64,000 bases of DNA from positions 32,001 to 96,000 of the IMG/VR virus record IMGVR_UViG_3300036800_000311. One strand, given 5' to 3'. Of the stretch, positions 37,313 to 47,063 are shown in pieces (positions within the stretch are counted from its first letter, which is position 1; every line of letters starts with the position of its first letter). Below the pieces are notes generated by a model. The model saw only the letters and a list, made by a program, of their open reading frames with translations. It was not told where the DNA came from and ran no database searches. The stretch is from a virus. Made by a program: the position numbers and the translations under genes.

Positions 37313-37868
37313 GAAGCGCACCCCGCTCGAGGCGAGGAAGCACGACTGGCGCTGGCCCTGGGTTCGCGGGTACGAGTACATCTCGCAGGAGGGAACCTCG
37401 TTCTGGCGGCGACTCCGAGAGGCGCACGGCCTATCCAGGGAGGACGTCTATGAGCTGAGCGAATACTCCCTGACCCCGGCCCGCCAGGCGGATATCGAGG
37501 GCGACTACGCCGCGGGGGCCGTGTGGGAGATGGACGACCTGCTGACGCTCGCGACGATCTACGGTCGCGCTCCGGGGGAGCTGCTCGACGCCTCCCTCGA
37601 CGAGAAGGGGTCCGAGTTGTTGGCGGGTGACATGCAGGACCTCGCCCCGTTGCCGCCCCTCGACGAGGTGCCCCCGCTGGTGTCGGTCTACTACCGCAAC
37701 TATCGTGGCGAGTCGGCGAGTCGGCGGGTGACCCCGCTCCGCGTTCGCTTCGGGACGACCGAGCACCACAAGGAGCCCCAGTTCCTCCTGGAGGTCTTCG
37801 ACCACGACAAGCGCGCGGCGCGGACCTTCGCGCTCGCGGAGTGCGACTTTGACTCGGAGCGCTGGTGA
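37305..37868 (+). CDS. XRE-type HTH + WYL domain protein
   Basis: RRLREAHGLSREDV..; YRNYRGESASRRVTP..LLEVFDHDKRAARTFAL. Confidence 0.75.
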   Translation: MSEKRTPLEARKHDWRWPWVRGYEYISQEGTSFWRRLREAHGLSREDVYELSEYSLTPARQADIEGDYAAGAVWEMDDLLTLATIYGRAPGELLDASLDEKGSELLAGDMQDLAPLPPLDEVPPLVSVYYRNYRGESASRRVTPLRVRFGTTEHHKEPQFLLEVFDHDKRAARTFALAECDFDSERW

Positions 37869-38590
37869 GCACCCTAGATCGCAACGATCTCGCGTTCTGG
37901 TTTCCCCCGATCCGCGACGCGGGCCTGCCAGTACCGCGGACGGAGATCGTCTCGACCGACGTTGAGTTAGACCACCTCCTCGACGGCGTGGAGCCCCGAG
38001 GATTCGACGAGTTCCTCCACTCCCTCCAGACGGCGGTCCAGGCGATCGGCGGAGGCGATCCCGTCTTCCTGCGCACCGGCCACGGCTCGGGGAAGCACTC
38101 CTGGGCGCGGACCTGCTTCCTGGAGGACCCCGAGGCGCTGGCGGAGCACGTGGGCGCGCTCGTGGAGTGGTCGGCGATGGCGGGGATCTTCGGCCTGCCG
38201 ACGAGCACCTGGGCCGTCCGCGAGCTGATCCCGACCGCCCCGATCTGCCGCTGCGAGGCGTACGGCGGGATGCCGGTCGTCCGGGAGTTCCGCTACTTCG
38301 TTCGCGTCCTCCCGTCGCTACGGACGAGCATCGAGCACGCCCAACCGTACTGGCCCCCGGCCGCTGTCGAGGAGGGGCATCCTGACGTCGAGGACTGGCG
38401 CGAGCGCCTGGCGGGCATCTCCCGTATTGGCTTAGACTGGAGGGCGCTCGCGGATCTGGCGCACGAGGCGGCGAGGGCCGTCGGCGGAGGCTTCTGGTCG
38501 GTCGACTTCCTCCAGGGCGCGGACGGGAAGTGGCGGCTCACGGACATGGCCGACGGCGACGACAGTTTCCGTTACGAGGTCGGCACGTGA
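37865..38590 (+). CDS. ATP-grasp-fold protein
   Basis: PVFLRT..SGKH..AVRELI..REFRYFV..WSVDF..WRLTD. Confidence 0.65.
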   Translation: MSTLDRNDLAFWFPPIRDAGLPVPRTEIVSTDVELDHLLDGVEPRGFDEFLHSLQTAVQAIGGGDPVFLRTGHGSGKHSWARTCFLEDPEALAEHVGALVEWSAMAGIFGLPTSTWAVRELIPTAPICRCEAYGGMPVVREFRYFVRVLPSLRTSIEHAQPYWPPAAVEEGHPDVEDWRERLAGISRIGLDWRALADLAHEAARAVGGGFWSVDFLQGADGKWRLTDMADGDDSFRYEVGT

Positions 38591-39786
38591 GCGGCCTCGT
38601 CGCCTTCGACGCGCCCCTCGCCTGGAGGCAGAGCGACATCGCCACCTTCGACGCCTGCCCGCTCTCCCTCGGACTGAGGAAGTCGATCAACCTCCGCCAG
38701 TTGCCGGGGCAGATCGGGAACCTCGGCGCGCGCGGCGTCCTATTTCACCGCTTCGCCGCCGCGGCGATCGAGCACATGAGGGAGCACCAGGAGCGCTCGA
38801 TCGACGTCGCGATGGCGATGGAGCTGCTGGCGGAGGTCATCGCTCAGCGTGACGTCGCCGACGAGGACGTCGTCCACCTTCCCCTCGCGGACATGCGCTG
38901 GCTGCGGGTTCTCGTGACGCGCTGGTCCTATCAGCACGAGTTCACGATCGAGCGGGTGGTCGCCGTCGAGCGTCGCCTCTACGGGGAGATCGAGGTGCGA
39001 GGCCCCGACGGTACGACGTACACGCGGGCGGTGACGGGGATGCCCGACGTCCTGCTCGCGGGTCCCGGGCCGGAGGAGGCGACGATCATCGACTGGAAGA
39101 CGGGGTTCGCGCCGCCCGCTCGGAAGCGGGAGCCGACGGAGGAGGACCCCGAGCCCTCGGACAAGCTCAGCGACATGGGCTACGTGCAGCAGGTCGTCTA
39201 CGGCTGGCTCGTGATGAAGAACTACCCGTCGATCCAGCGCGTGACCGAGCGCGAGTGGTACGTGATGGCGAAGGAGGATCCCGTCCGGGAGGCGTCGGTC
39301 GAGCGTTGGGAGATGGAGCGGATCGAGGACGTCCTCGCGGGCGTCATCTCGCAGATGGACGGGGCGATCGCCTCGCTCCCGGATCTCCTCAGGGCGCAGG
39401 CTAAGGCGCGGAGGGCGAAGAAGCCGGTCCCGACGGGGAGGTTCTTCCCGATCCCCGGCTCGCACTGCGGGGTCTGCGTCGGCCGTCGCCACTGCCCGGT
39501 TCGCAAGAACTTCGGCATCCCCGACACGCTCGTGGAGGCCCAGCGGCTCGCGCGAGAGTGGCACGTCGCGGGGGAGATCCGGACGGAGCGCATACCGTAC
39601 CTAAAGGGCTGGGTGGCGGACAACGGTCCGATCCCGGTCCCGCACGCCAAGGGTCGCCGGGTCGTCGGGTTCAGGAACGGCTCGCGGTCGCTCTCCCTCT
39701 TCGAGCCCGAGTCCGCGCCGGACTCCCCCTTCGATCCCCTCCTGGAGGAGGCGGCGCGGAAGGCGGGGGTGCTGTCCGATGCCTGA
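38587..39786 (+). CDS. PD-(D/E)xK exonuclease, Cas4/RecB-like
   Basis: CP..GVLFH..PDVLL..IIDWKTG..Q..VY..CGVC..CP. Confidence 0.85.
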   Translation: MSGLVAFDAPLAWRQSDIATFDACPLSLGLRKSINLRQLPGQIGNLGARGVLFHRFAAAAIEHMREHQERSIDVAMAMELLAEVIAQRDVADEDVVHLPLADMRWLRVLVTRWSYQHEFTIERVVAVERRLYGEIEVRGPDGTTYTRAVTGMPDVLLAGPGPEEATIIDWKTGFAPPARKREPTEEDPEPSDKLSDMGYVQQVVYGWLVMKNYPSIQRVTEREWYVMAKEDPVREASVERWEMERIEDVLAGVISQMDGAIASLPDLLRAQAKARRAKKPVPTGRFFPIPGSHCGVCVGRRHCPVRKNFGIPDTLVEAQRLAREWHVAGEIRTERIPYLKGWVADNGPIPVPHAKGRRVVGFRNGSRSLSLFEPESAPDSPFDPLLEEAARKAGVLSDA

Positions 39787-40594
39787 CTGGACGGACGCAC
39801 GCCTCCTCGGGTTCGACCTGGAGACGACCTCCGTTGATCCCGAAGCGGCGCGCGTCGTATCGGTCGCCTGCGTCGCGGTCGGCGGAGGACTGGAGACGGA
39901 CGGCTGGCACGAGATCGTCGACCCGGGGGTGGAGATCCCGGAGGAGGCGACGGGGGTCCACGGGATCACGACGGAGCGCGCCCGCGCGGAGGGCCTACCC
40001 CTCGTCGTCGTCCTTCCCCGGATCCTCGCCTCGTTCCGGGAGGCGCAGGCGGGCGGCTGGCCGGTCGTGATGCACAACGCCCGCTACGACCTCACGGTCC
40101 TCGATCGTGAACTCCGGCGGGGCGGGATGGCCGAGCAGGCCGCGATCGTCGAGGAGGTCCTCGTCGTAGACCCGATCATCATCGATCGACACCTGGATCG
40201 TTACCGGCCGAAGCGCGTGGCGTCTCACTCCCTGGAGGACGCCTGCCGGGTCTGGAACGCTCCGCTCGACGGCGTCCACGACGCGACGTTCGACGCTCTC
40301 GCTGCGTGCCGCCTGGCGTGGCGGCTCTGCCGGAGCGGCCGAGTAATCCGTCGAGCGCGGAACTCCGCGGAGCGCTACGAGCTGGAGGGCCTGGAGGCGG
40401 ACTGGGATCGCGTCCGCGGGGATCTCGTCGCCCTCTACGCTTGGCAGCGGGAGGTCGCGGCGGCGGACGCGGAGCGGCTGGAGGCTTACTTCCGGGCGGG
40501 CGATCCGCGGAAGGACGTTCCTGCGCAGCCTGATCGGGTCGTTCTGCGTGAGTGGCCCGTCGTACCGTTTCGTGACGAGGTGCCGAGCGCATGA
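39779..40594 (+). CDS. DnaQ-like DEDDh 3'-5' exonuclease
   Basis: FDLETT..VHGIT..HNARYD..HDATFDA. Confidence 0.92.
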   Translation: MPDWTDARLLGFDLETTSVDPEAARVVSVACVAVGGGLETDGWHEIVDPGVEIPEEATGVHGITTERARAEGLPLVVVLPRILASFREAQAGGWPVVMHNARYDLTVLDRELRRGGMAEQAAIVEEVLVVDPIIIDRHLDRYRPKRVASHSLEDACRVWNAPLDGVHDATFDALAACRLAWRLCRSGRVIRRARNSAERYELEGLEADWDRVRGDLVALYAWQREVAAADAERLEAYFRAGDPRKDVPAQPDRVVLREWPVVPFRDEVPSA

Positions 40595-40965
40595 ATCCCT
40601 GGCGTCGCCTCGACCTCATATCCCGCCTGGAGCTTCTCCGCGCGGAGATCTGGACGGCCCCGGGGTGAGCGGTCCTCCGCGCACTCGCCGGTCTGGGCGT
40701 GGTACACGAACCCGACGTGACGCAGGAGATGCTGGACGTGCTCCACTCGGAGGGCGCCGACTTCGACACGTTCTCGCAGCTCTCGCGTCCGGGCGCGGTC
40801 GAGGCGCTGGATCGCCACGGTCCGGCGCTGACCCTCGGGATGATGTCTGCGGAGGCGCACGCGACGATCTCGCCGGAGGAGATGCACGCCGTGATGAACA
40901 TGGACCGTCCGAAGCGGCAGGAGTTGATGGAGCGGATCCTGGCTGTCCGGGGCGCGGCGCTGTGA
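40591..40965 (+). pseudogene. Hypothetical gene with in-frame TGA at 40666-40668
   Basis: Coupled ATG at 40591; same frame continues after TGA into ORF 40699-40965. Confidence 0.5.
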
Positions 40966-41249
40966 GCGGACGTCGTAAGACTCGGACGGAGCGCTGGCGA
41001 GATCGTCTGCTCGCCTGGCGATGGACGCATTACCGATGGAGCATCATCTGGTGGTCGCGCTGCTGGCGCTGGTCATTGGTCAAGCGCGGCGTGTTGCCGC
41101 TGCCGAGGCCGGAGGCGGGGTCACCCCCGTTGCGCCTGGGCGACATACGGCTACTTCGCCGTCGAGACACGAGCGAGTGGGACGATCGCCTCCTCCTCGA
41201 GGACGTTTGGTTTAGTGTCTGGTTGGAGCGAGGCGGGCGCGTAGGATGA
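40962..41249 (+). CDS. Trp/Arg-rich hypothetical protein
   Basis: GTGA/ATGA-coupled. Confidence 0.45.
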   Translation: MSGRRKTRTERWRDRLLAWRWTHYRWSIIWWSRCWRWSLVKRGVLPLPRPEAGSPPLRLGDIRLLRRRDTSEWDDRLLLEDVWFSVWLERGGRVG

Positions 41250-41750
41250 GTTTCCACCTGGGCGCCGTCGAAGGCCATCGTCCCGCCCGCGGAGCGGGAC
41301 CTCCGCGAGGAGTACGCACACTGCTGCGCGGGAGCGGCGATGTTCGGTCGCGCCCACTGCACGTGCTGGGAGCCGATCTACGACCTAGAGCAGGCTCCGC
41401 TCGCGGACGGCGGCGTTCCGCCCGAGGAGATCCCGACGCGAACGAAGTGCTGCGCGGACTGCGCCTATCGCATCGGATCCCCCGAGCGGGCGGACGAGCA
41501 CGAGGAGGACGACCTCCTCTCGAAGGCTTGGGACCTGCGCTCGGAGTTCTGGTGCCATCAGGGCGTCCGCCGAGTGGTCGCGTTCCGTCACCCCGATGGC
41601 CGAGAGTTACCAGCCGGTGACGGCGACTATCGCCCGCCCGTCGGTCCCGAGGGTCGACCGGTCGTATGGAGGGCAGACGGAACCGTTGGTGAGCGCTGCG
41701 CGGGTTGGGCGGCGCTGAGGGGCGCGGCGATGGTTGAGGTGGACCCGTGA
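41246..41750 (+). CDS. Cys-rich hypothetical protein, apparently frameshifted near the 5' end
   Basis: CC..CTCWEP..CADCAYR..FWCHQG..CAGW; coupled ATG 41246 is out of frame with the conserved-looking part. Confidence 0.55.
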
Positions 41751-41893
41751 TCCTCGCGACCTTCCCGTCGAAGTGCCCGGACTGCGGCGAGGAGATCCGC
41801 GAGGGCGAGGAGGTCGGCCTGGTCGACGACGAGTGGGTCTGCGCTGCGTGCGTCGCCGACGCGGGCGGCGAGGACGACGAGTTCGATGACTGA
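41747..41893 (+). CDS. 48-aa zinc-finger protein
   Basis: CPDCGEEIREGE..WVCAAC; SD GAGG; absent from ORF track. Confidence 0.6.
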   Translation: MILATFPSKCPDCGEEIREGEEVGLVDDEWVCAACVADAGGEDDEFDD

Positions 41894-41913
41894 CCGCGCG
41901 CTAGCCTACGGCG

Positions 41914-42147
41914 ATGACTGACGTGTCGGGCCTCCGCAGGCGCATCCACGAAGTCGTCACGGTAGAGGCGTTCGAGCCTCGCCCATCTTCGCCCCACCCG
42001 GACGACCCCGAGCGTCCCACCTGGGTCTGCCCGCTCTGTGCGGCCCTGACCGAGGAACGCGAGATGCACGTCCGCTGGCACGACTCCGTTGCTGTGTCGA
42101 TGGAGAGGGCCGACGATGTCTACTGGTGGAGCCTGTCGCGCGGATGA
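41914..42147 (+). CDS. C2H2-like protein, probably leaderless
   Basis: CPLC..HVRWH; TAGCCT 6 nt before ATG. Confidence 0.55.
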   Translation: MTDVSGLRRRIHEVVTVEAFEPRPSSPHPDDPERPTWVCPLCAALTEEREMHVRWHDSVAVSMERADDVYWWSLSRG

Positions 42148-42866
42148 AGCGCGGCGAGCCCCTTCGGTCCTCGGACCGCAAGCGTCCGCTCCTCGGGAAG
42201 GCGATCCCGGCGGACGGACGACCGAAGGCCCGCCGGATCGTCGTCCTCGCGCCCGCGGACACCGATCCCCGCGTTCGCGCCCGGAAGCCGCTCCTCGGCA
42301 AGGCCATCCCGATCGAGGGTCGCTCTGGGGCCTCCCTAGCGTCCGCTACGTCCCGGCGGGGCCTCGGGGCGGGTAAACCCCCGCGTCAGGTCCGCGCGGA
42401 CGCCACGTTCCGCGAGGTGGTCTCCCAGGGTCCCTGCGCGATCTGCGGCACGACCCGGCGTCGGAGGGAGGCGCACCACCTTCTCGCGCAGGAGCACATA
42501 CGGACCTGGGTCGCGTCGCTGCGCATGGGCGACGAGAGGGCGGAGCGGAACCTCCTCCGCCGACTACTCTCCGACCCCCGGAACGGCATCGCGGCCTGTC
42601 CTACCTGCCACCAGCGGGTCGAGGGCCGCTCCGTCCCGCTGGCCCGCTCGAAGGTTCCGCCGACGGCGTTCGCGTTCGCGGCGGAGCTCGGAGAGTGGGC
42701 AGTCGTGAGACTGGAGCGCGAGTACCCAGATATCCCCCAGAGAGGGGCGGAAGCAATGACGACCACCGAAGACCCCCCAGGCCCGAGGATGAGTCGAGAG
42801 GCGCCGGGAAGACCCGCCGTGAGCGGGACGCTGGCGAGCTCGGCCGGGCGGCCGGAGCCCCGATGA
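42144..42866 (+). CDS. HNH-like nuclease (NinG-like position)
   Basis: CAICG..AHH..DPRNGIAACPTCH; duplicated PLLGKAIP N-terminal repeat. Confidence 0.7.
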   Translation: MKRGEPLRSSDRKRPLLGKAIPADGRPKARRIVVLAPADTDPRVRARKPLLGKAIPIEGRSGASLASATSRRGLGAGKPPRQVRADATFREVVSQGPCAICGTTRRRREAHHLLAQEHIRTWVASLRMGDERAERNLLRRLLSDPRNGIAACPTCHQRVEGRSVPLARSKVPPTAFAFAAELGEWAVVRLEREYPDIPQRGAEAMTTTEDPPGPRMSREAPGRPAVSGTLASSAGRPEPR

Positions 42867-42984
42867 CCGGCCAGCGCCGAAGGGATCCTCGACGTGGACC
42901 GAGCGGACGCTCCGTTACGCGAGTAGCACCTCCGCGTCGCTCACGGCGGCGCGGGGTCCTGAACCCAACCAGCGGAGGAGAAGC

Positions 42985-43491
42985 ATGTCGGTAACGCAAG
43001 AGGATGAGCTGGCCGCGGCGCGCGCTCGCGCGGACTGGCCGGAGGACGAGTCGGCGGAGTCCGTCGCGGATCGCGCGGCGAACGACGACGGAGAGCCGAC
43101 CCAGGAGGAGATGTTCCCGAAGGGCGTCCTGGAGGGCGACAACAAGGTCACCCTCGCGAAGTTGATCCGCGCGAACGAGTCCGTCGAGGTGACGGCCTCG
43201 CTGATGTCGGCGGAGGTCCCGCTCCGCGGCGGCCTCGTCGACCCGCGGAGGGAGGGGAAGGTCGTCGTCTCCTACGAGGCGGCCCGGTACATCCCCGTCC
43301 CGCAGCGGGAGGGCGAGCCGGGCGACAAGAAGGTCAAGGGCTGGAAGGTCCGCTGCCAGCTCCGGCCGACGTACGTCGAGCCCGCGGACGCCTACTACTC
43401 CGAGGAGGACGTACTGATGATCCTCGAGCGGGCGGGTATTCCGCGGACGGCGGACGTCATCCCGGAGCTGCTCGGGAAGAAGGCGGCGTAG
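42985..43491 (+). CDS. Hypothetical protein
   Basis: SD GGAGGAG; followed by hairpin. Confidence 0.7.
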   Translation: MSVTQEDELAAARARADWPEDESAESVADRAANDDGEPTQEEMFPKGVLEGDNKVTLAKLIRANESVEVTASLMSAEVPLRGGLVDPRREGKVVVSYEAARYIPVPQREGEPGDKKVKGWKVRCQLRPTYVEPADAYYSEEDVLMILERAGIPRTADVIPELLGKKAA

Positions 43492-43504
43492 GATGACCGC
43501 GCGA

Positions 43505-43540
43505 CCCCGAGTCGCCGGTGCTCAAGGGGGCGACTCGGGG
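43505..43540 (+). terminator. 12-bp hairpin, probable terminator
   Basis: CCCCGAGTCGCC / GGCGACTCGGGG. Confidence 0.55.
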
Positions 43541-43838
43541 GCGGCGATCAGCGCGAGAGGAGAGAGATTCTCGCGTCTGTAATCGTAGCGTCAGGCGCGG
43601 CGCGCGGGCCGCCTAGCGCGTTCGCCCGGAAGGTAGTAGGGTTAGCCCCACGGACTGGTCACGGACGCAGGGACGTGGGGGGTTCGGAGAGAGACATAGT
43701 CATTCGATCCCTCGGCCCACCGGGGGGGCCGTAGGACGACCGTTAGGAGAGAGACATGAGGATGGGGATTCGTTGGGGTCGTAGCTCGCTGTCGCCGTTA
43801 CCCAGGTGTCTGGGGGTAGGCTCGGCCTCACCCGGGGC

Positions 43839-44549
43839 GTGAGCGCCCCCAAGCTGGCGATCCACGACGGACGGCAACTGGCCGACGTCCAGGTCGCCAG
43901 GTCCGCGCTCTCGGTCATCGGCGAGCGCATACCGAGGGGTCGCGTCTCGGCGACCCGCTCCGTCTTCCTGGCGCTGCTGGAGGCCGCGGGGGAGGCGACG
44001 CCCTGGACCCGGAGGGCGATCGCGGATCGCGCCGGGGTCGGGACGGGCCTGGTCAAGGACGCAGTCGAGGCCCTGGAGGTACTCGGGCTCCTGCGCGTCC
44101 TCGTCGATGGGTCCTGGCAGTTGGTGACCCCGTCCGCCGAGGCCCCGCCGCTGCCGGAGGTGGAGCTCAAGGGTGGCCCGCTGGACGGCGTCGACCCGGA
44201 GCTGCGGGCGCGGGCGGAGAAGTTCTACGTCGTCCACGTCGGCCGGGTCGAGCAGATCCGCGGCGGCCGTCCCGCGAGGACGGACCTCGTTCTCGCGGCC
44301 GCGGTCAGGATCCTCCGGAAGGAGCCGAACCCCCACGAGATCCTCGCTCGCCTGGACTGGGCTCTGGGTCAGCGCTTCTACGCGGACAAGGTCCTCTCCC
44401 TTGGGGACTTCGAGCGCTGGTACGGACGGATCAGCGCGGCGTACCTCGCGGACAAGGCCACGGAGAAGAGGGCTCCGAGGGAGCGCGAGGTCGTCCCGTT
44501 TCGGCCTCACGGCTCTTACGAGTCCGAGCGGCTGGAGGTCCGCGCATGA
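43839..44549 (+). CDS. Replication initiator-like protein (N-terminal wHTH)
   Basis: TRRAIADRAGVGTGLVKDAVEALEVLGLL; directly upstream of DnaB. Confidence 0.65.
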   Translation: MSAPKLAIHDGRQLADVQVARSALSVIGERIPRGRVSATRSVFLALLEAAGEATPWTRRAIADRAGVGTGLVKDAVEALEVLGLLRVLVDGSWQLVTPSAEAPPLPEVELKGGPLDGVDPELRARAEKFYVVHVGRVEQIRGGRPARTDLVLAAAVRILRKEPNPHEILARLDWALGQRFYADKVLSLGDFERWYGRISAAYLADKATEKRAPREREVVPFRPHGSYESERLEVRA

Positions 44550-47050
44550 CGGAGACGATCGCCGTGGACGGGGACGCCGAGAGGGCCGTCCTGGGGGCGC
44601 TCATGATCATGGGCGACGCGCGGTACGTCGCGGGACTCGCGACGCGCGGCCTTCGCGCGGAGGATTTCTACTACCAGCAGCACGGGGTGGTGTTCACGGG
44701 GATGGTCTCCCTCTCCGACCGGCAGGCCGCGATCGACACGATCACGGTCGCGGGGGAGCTAGATCGCCTGGGTCTCCGAGGGATCGTCACCCGCGGGCAG
44801 ATAGACGAGCTGACGGGCTACGTTCCGGCGGCCGGGAACTATCGAGACTACGCCGACCGCGTGATGGATCTGGCCCGCTGGCGTGGTCGCAAGCGGGCCG
44901 CGCAGGCCATGTCCGAAGCGATCGAGCGCCGTGACTCGACGGCCTGGCTTCGGGCTCGGTCCGACCTCGACTCCGCGACGGCGGGGACGAGAACGGAGTC
45001 GCTCTCCCCGGAGCAGTGGGGCGCGACCCTGTTCGACTTCTTCTCCGCCAGCGAGGAGGAGGCGAACGCCTACGCGATACCACTTCCCTTCGCGCGGCTG
45101 AGCGACGCCCTCGGCGGGGGCCTCTGGCCGGGGGAGGTGTTCGCCCTCTCCGGACCCACGAGCCACGGGAAGGCTCTCGCCCTTACGACCCCGATCCTCA
45201 CACCCGTCGGCTGGTCAACGATGGGCGATCTGAGGGTAGGCGACGAGGTCTTTGGGGCCGACGGTCGTCCTACTCGGGTCGCTATTACCCACCCCGTCCT
45301 ACTCGGATCCGACTGCTACGAGGTAAGGTTCTCAGACGGCGCGACTCTCGTCGCCGACGCGGACCACCTCTGGCGGTACGAGGTAGGCGAGCGGGTTCAC
45401 GTCGACTATCGCCGTGAGGGTGGCGTCCGCGTTAGGGATCGGATCCAGCACCACGTCGAGGTCATCGACTCGACGGTCGCGTTGGGGGCGGCGATCGAGG
45501 CCACGTCGCGATCTCCTCGCGTTCGACTCGGCGCTCCCCTCGAACGGCCGACGGCTACGGACCTGCCGATCGACCCTTACGTCTTAGGGGTTTGGCTCGG
45601 GGATGGCGCTTCGCGTACGGGGAATGTTACGAGTCACGTCGACGACGTGGAAGAGATCGCGTCGTATCTTCGAGCGGTCGGAGAGGCCCCGATCGTTAGT
45701 TGCTACCCAGGGCGCGCCGCGGGGATTCGCCTACCTGCCCCTCGTCCCGACCTCTGCGCACGAGGCCACGTACGACGAGGACGCTGGAATCGTTGCGACG
45801 AATGTCGCCGAGCGCGCTATCGCGGAGAGGAGGAGTCGGACGCCTGGAACGTGCCACTCGTTACGCGCCTAACTCGTATGGATCTCGCGTATCCCAACCC
45901 GAAGCGGATCCCCGAGGAATACCTATCAGCCTCCAGGGACCAGCGTCTCGCGCTCCTCCAGGGCCTGGTCGATACGGACGGTTCGGTCGACCGATACGGC
46001 GGCGTAGAGTTCTGCTCGATCTCTCGACGCTTGACCGAGCAGGTTATCGACCTCATCCTATCCCTCGGCGCGTCGCCCCGGCTATACGAGAAGTCGCTCG
46101 TCGCGGGGAAGCGCGGGACCGATCGGGCGTGGCGGGTGTTCTTCCGCATGGAGTTACCAGCGGCGCGTCTCGCTCGGAAGCGCGAGAGGTTTCGAGCGCT
46201 GAACGACCGAAAGCGCTATCGCTACGTCAAGTCGGTGACGCTCGTCGAGTCGATTCCTGTCCGCTGTATTACAGTCAAGGCCGAGGACGGTATGTTCCTC
46301 GCTGGACGGTCGCTCGTCCCGACGCATAACTCCATCGTCGCCGACATGTGGCTCGATCACGCTGCGGATCGCGGCAAGGCGTGCCACCTGTACATGACGG
46401 AGATGACGGCGATCTCCCGCGGTCTTCGCTACCTCGCCCGGCGGACAGGCGTGCCGTTCATGCGGCAGCGTCGACGAGCGTTGACGGATCAGGACCGCTC
46501 GAAGATCCTCGCGGAACTCGGGCGGATGCCGTACGGCTGTACGGTCGCGGCGGACTGGTCCATCGACGACGTCGTCCGCGACGCGCTCCGGGCGCGCTAC
46601 GACTTCGTCGTCGTTGACCTGCTCCACGGCTTCCACTACGAGGACGAGCGTGGCCTGGACAAGTTGTCCAAGGCGATGCAGCGCCTCGCCCACGTCTCGA
46701 CGACGATCGACGGACACAACGGGACCGCCGTCCTGGCGCTGACTCACCTCAAGGAGGAGGGACTCGTCAAGGGGAAGGTCCCGAAGCCGACGATCACGTC
46801 GATCAAGGGCGGGTCGTCGATCAAGCAGGACGCGGAGTTCGTCGGGTTCGTCTGGCAGGATCAGGACGACAGTGGCGCGCTGACCGGCGAGGCGGAGGTG
46901 TGGATCCCGAAGGGGCGCACGGGCCAGCTGGAGCGCCTGGAGGTCCGCCTGAACCCCTCGCGCTTCCGATTCGACTTGCGACAGGACGAGCTGGGACCCG
47001 AGGGGTCTCCAGCCGCGGAGAAATCGACCGGTACGGACATACCGTTCTAG
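44546..47050 (+). CDS. dnaB: Replicative DNA helicase with intein
   Basis: AERAVLGAL N-domain; Walker A GPTSHGK|S; TEM; VVVD; IKGGSSIKQDAE; KGRTG. Confidence 0.93.
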   Translation: MTETIAVDGDAERAVLGALMIMGDARYVAGLATRGLRAEDFYYQQHGVVFTGMVSLSDRQAAIDTITVAGELDRLGLRGIVTRGQIDELTGYVPAAGNYRDYADRVMDLARWRGRKRAAQAMSEAIERRDSTAWLRARSDLDSATAGTRTESLSPEQWGATLFDFFSASEEEANAYAIPLPFARLSDALGGGLWPGEVFALSGPTSHGKALALTTPILTPVGWSTMGDLRVGDEVFGADGRPTRVAITHPVLLGSDCYEVRFSDGATLVADADHLWRYEVGERVHVDYRREGGVRVRDRIQHHVEVIDSTVALGAAIEATSRSPRVRLGAPLERPTATDLPIDPYVLGVWLGDGASRTGNVTSHVDDVEEIASYLRAVGEAPIVSCYPGRAAGIRLPAPRPDLCARGHVRRGRWNRCDECRRARYRGEEESDAWNVPLVTRLTRMDLAYPNPKRIPEEYLSASRDQRLALLQGLVDTDGSVDRYGGVEFCSISRRLTEQVIDLILSLGASPRLYEKSLVAGKRGTDRAWRVFFRMELPAARLARKRERFRALNDRKRYRYVKSVTLVESIPVRCITVKAEDGMFLAGRSLVPTHNSIVADMWLDHAADRGKACHLYMTEMTAISRGLRYLARRTGVPFMRQRRRALTDQDRSKILAELGRMPYGCTVAADWSIDDVVRDALRARYDFVVVDLLHGFHYEDERGLDKLSKAMQRLAHVSTTIDGHNGTAVLALTHLKEEGLVKGKVPKPTITSIKGGSSIKQDAEFVGFVWQDQDDSGALTGEAEVWIPKGRTGQLERLEVRLNPSRFRFDLRQDELGPEGSPAAEKSTGTDIPF
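45173..46330 (+). mobile_element. Class 3 intein with LAGLIDADG endonuclease in the DnaB P-loop
   Basis: Starts ALALTTPIL; DHLW, VRCI, PTHN|S; LGVWLGDG and LQGLVDTDG. Confidence 0.9.
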
Positions 47051-47063
47051 GAGGAGAGAGACG

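Noticed and set aside
38587-39786. CRISPR-Cas system suggested by the Cas4-like protein
   Set aside because: No array or other cas genes; context beside RecT indicates a recombination exonuclease
42176-42315. Direct repeat encoding PLLGKAIP
   Set aside because: Intragenic peptide duplication with synonymous changes, not a DNA element
43690-43725. tRNA-like TTCGATCC..CCACC
   Set aside because: No T-stem pairing or cloverleaf
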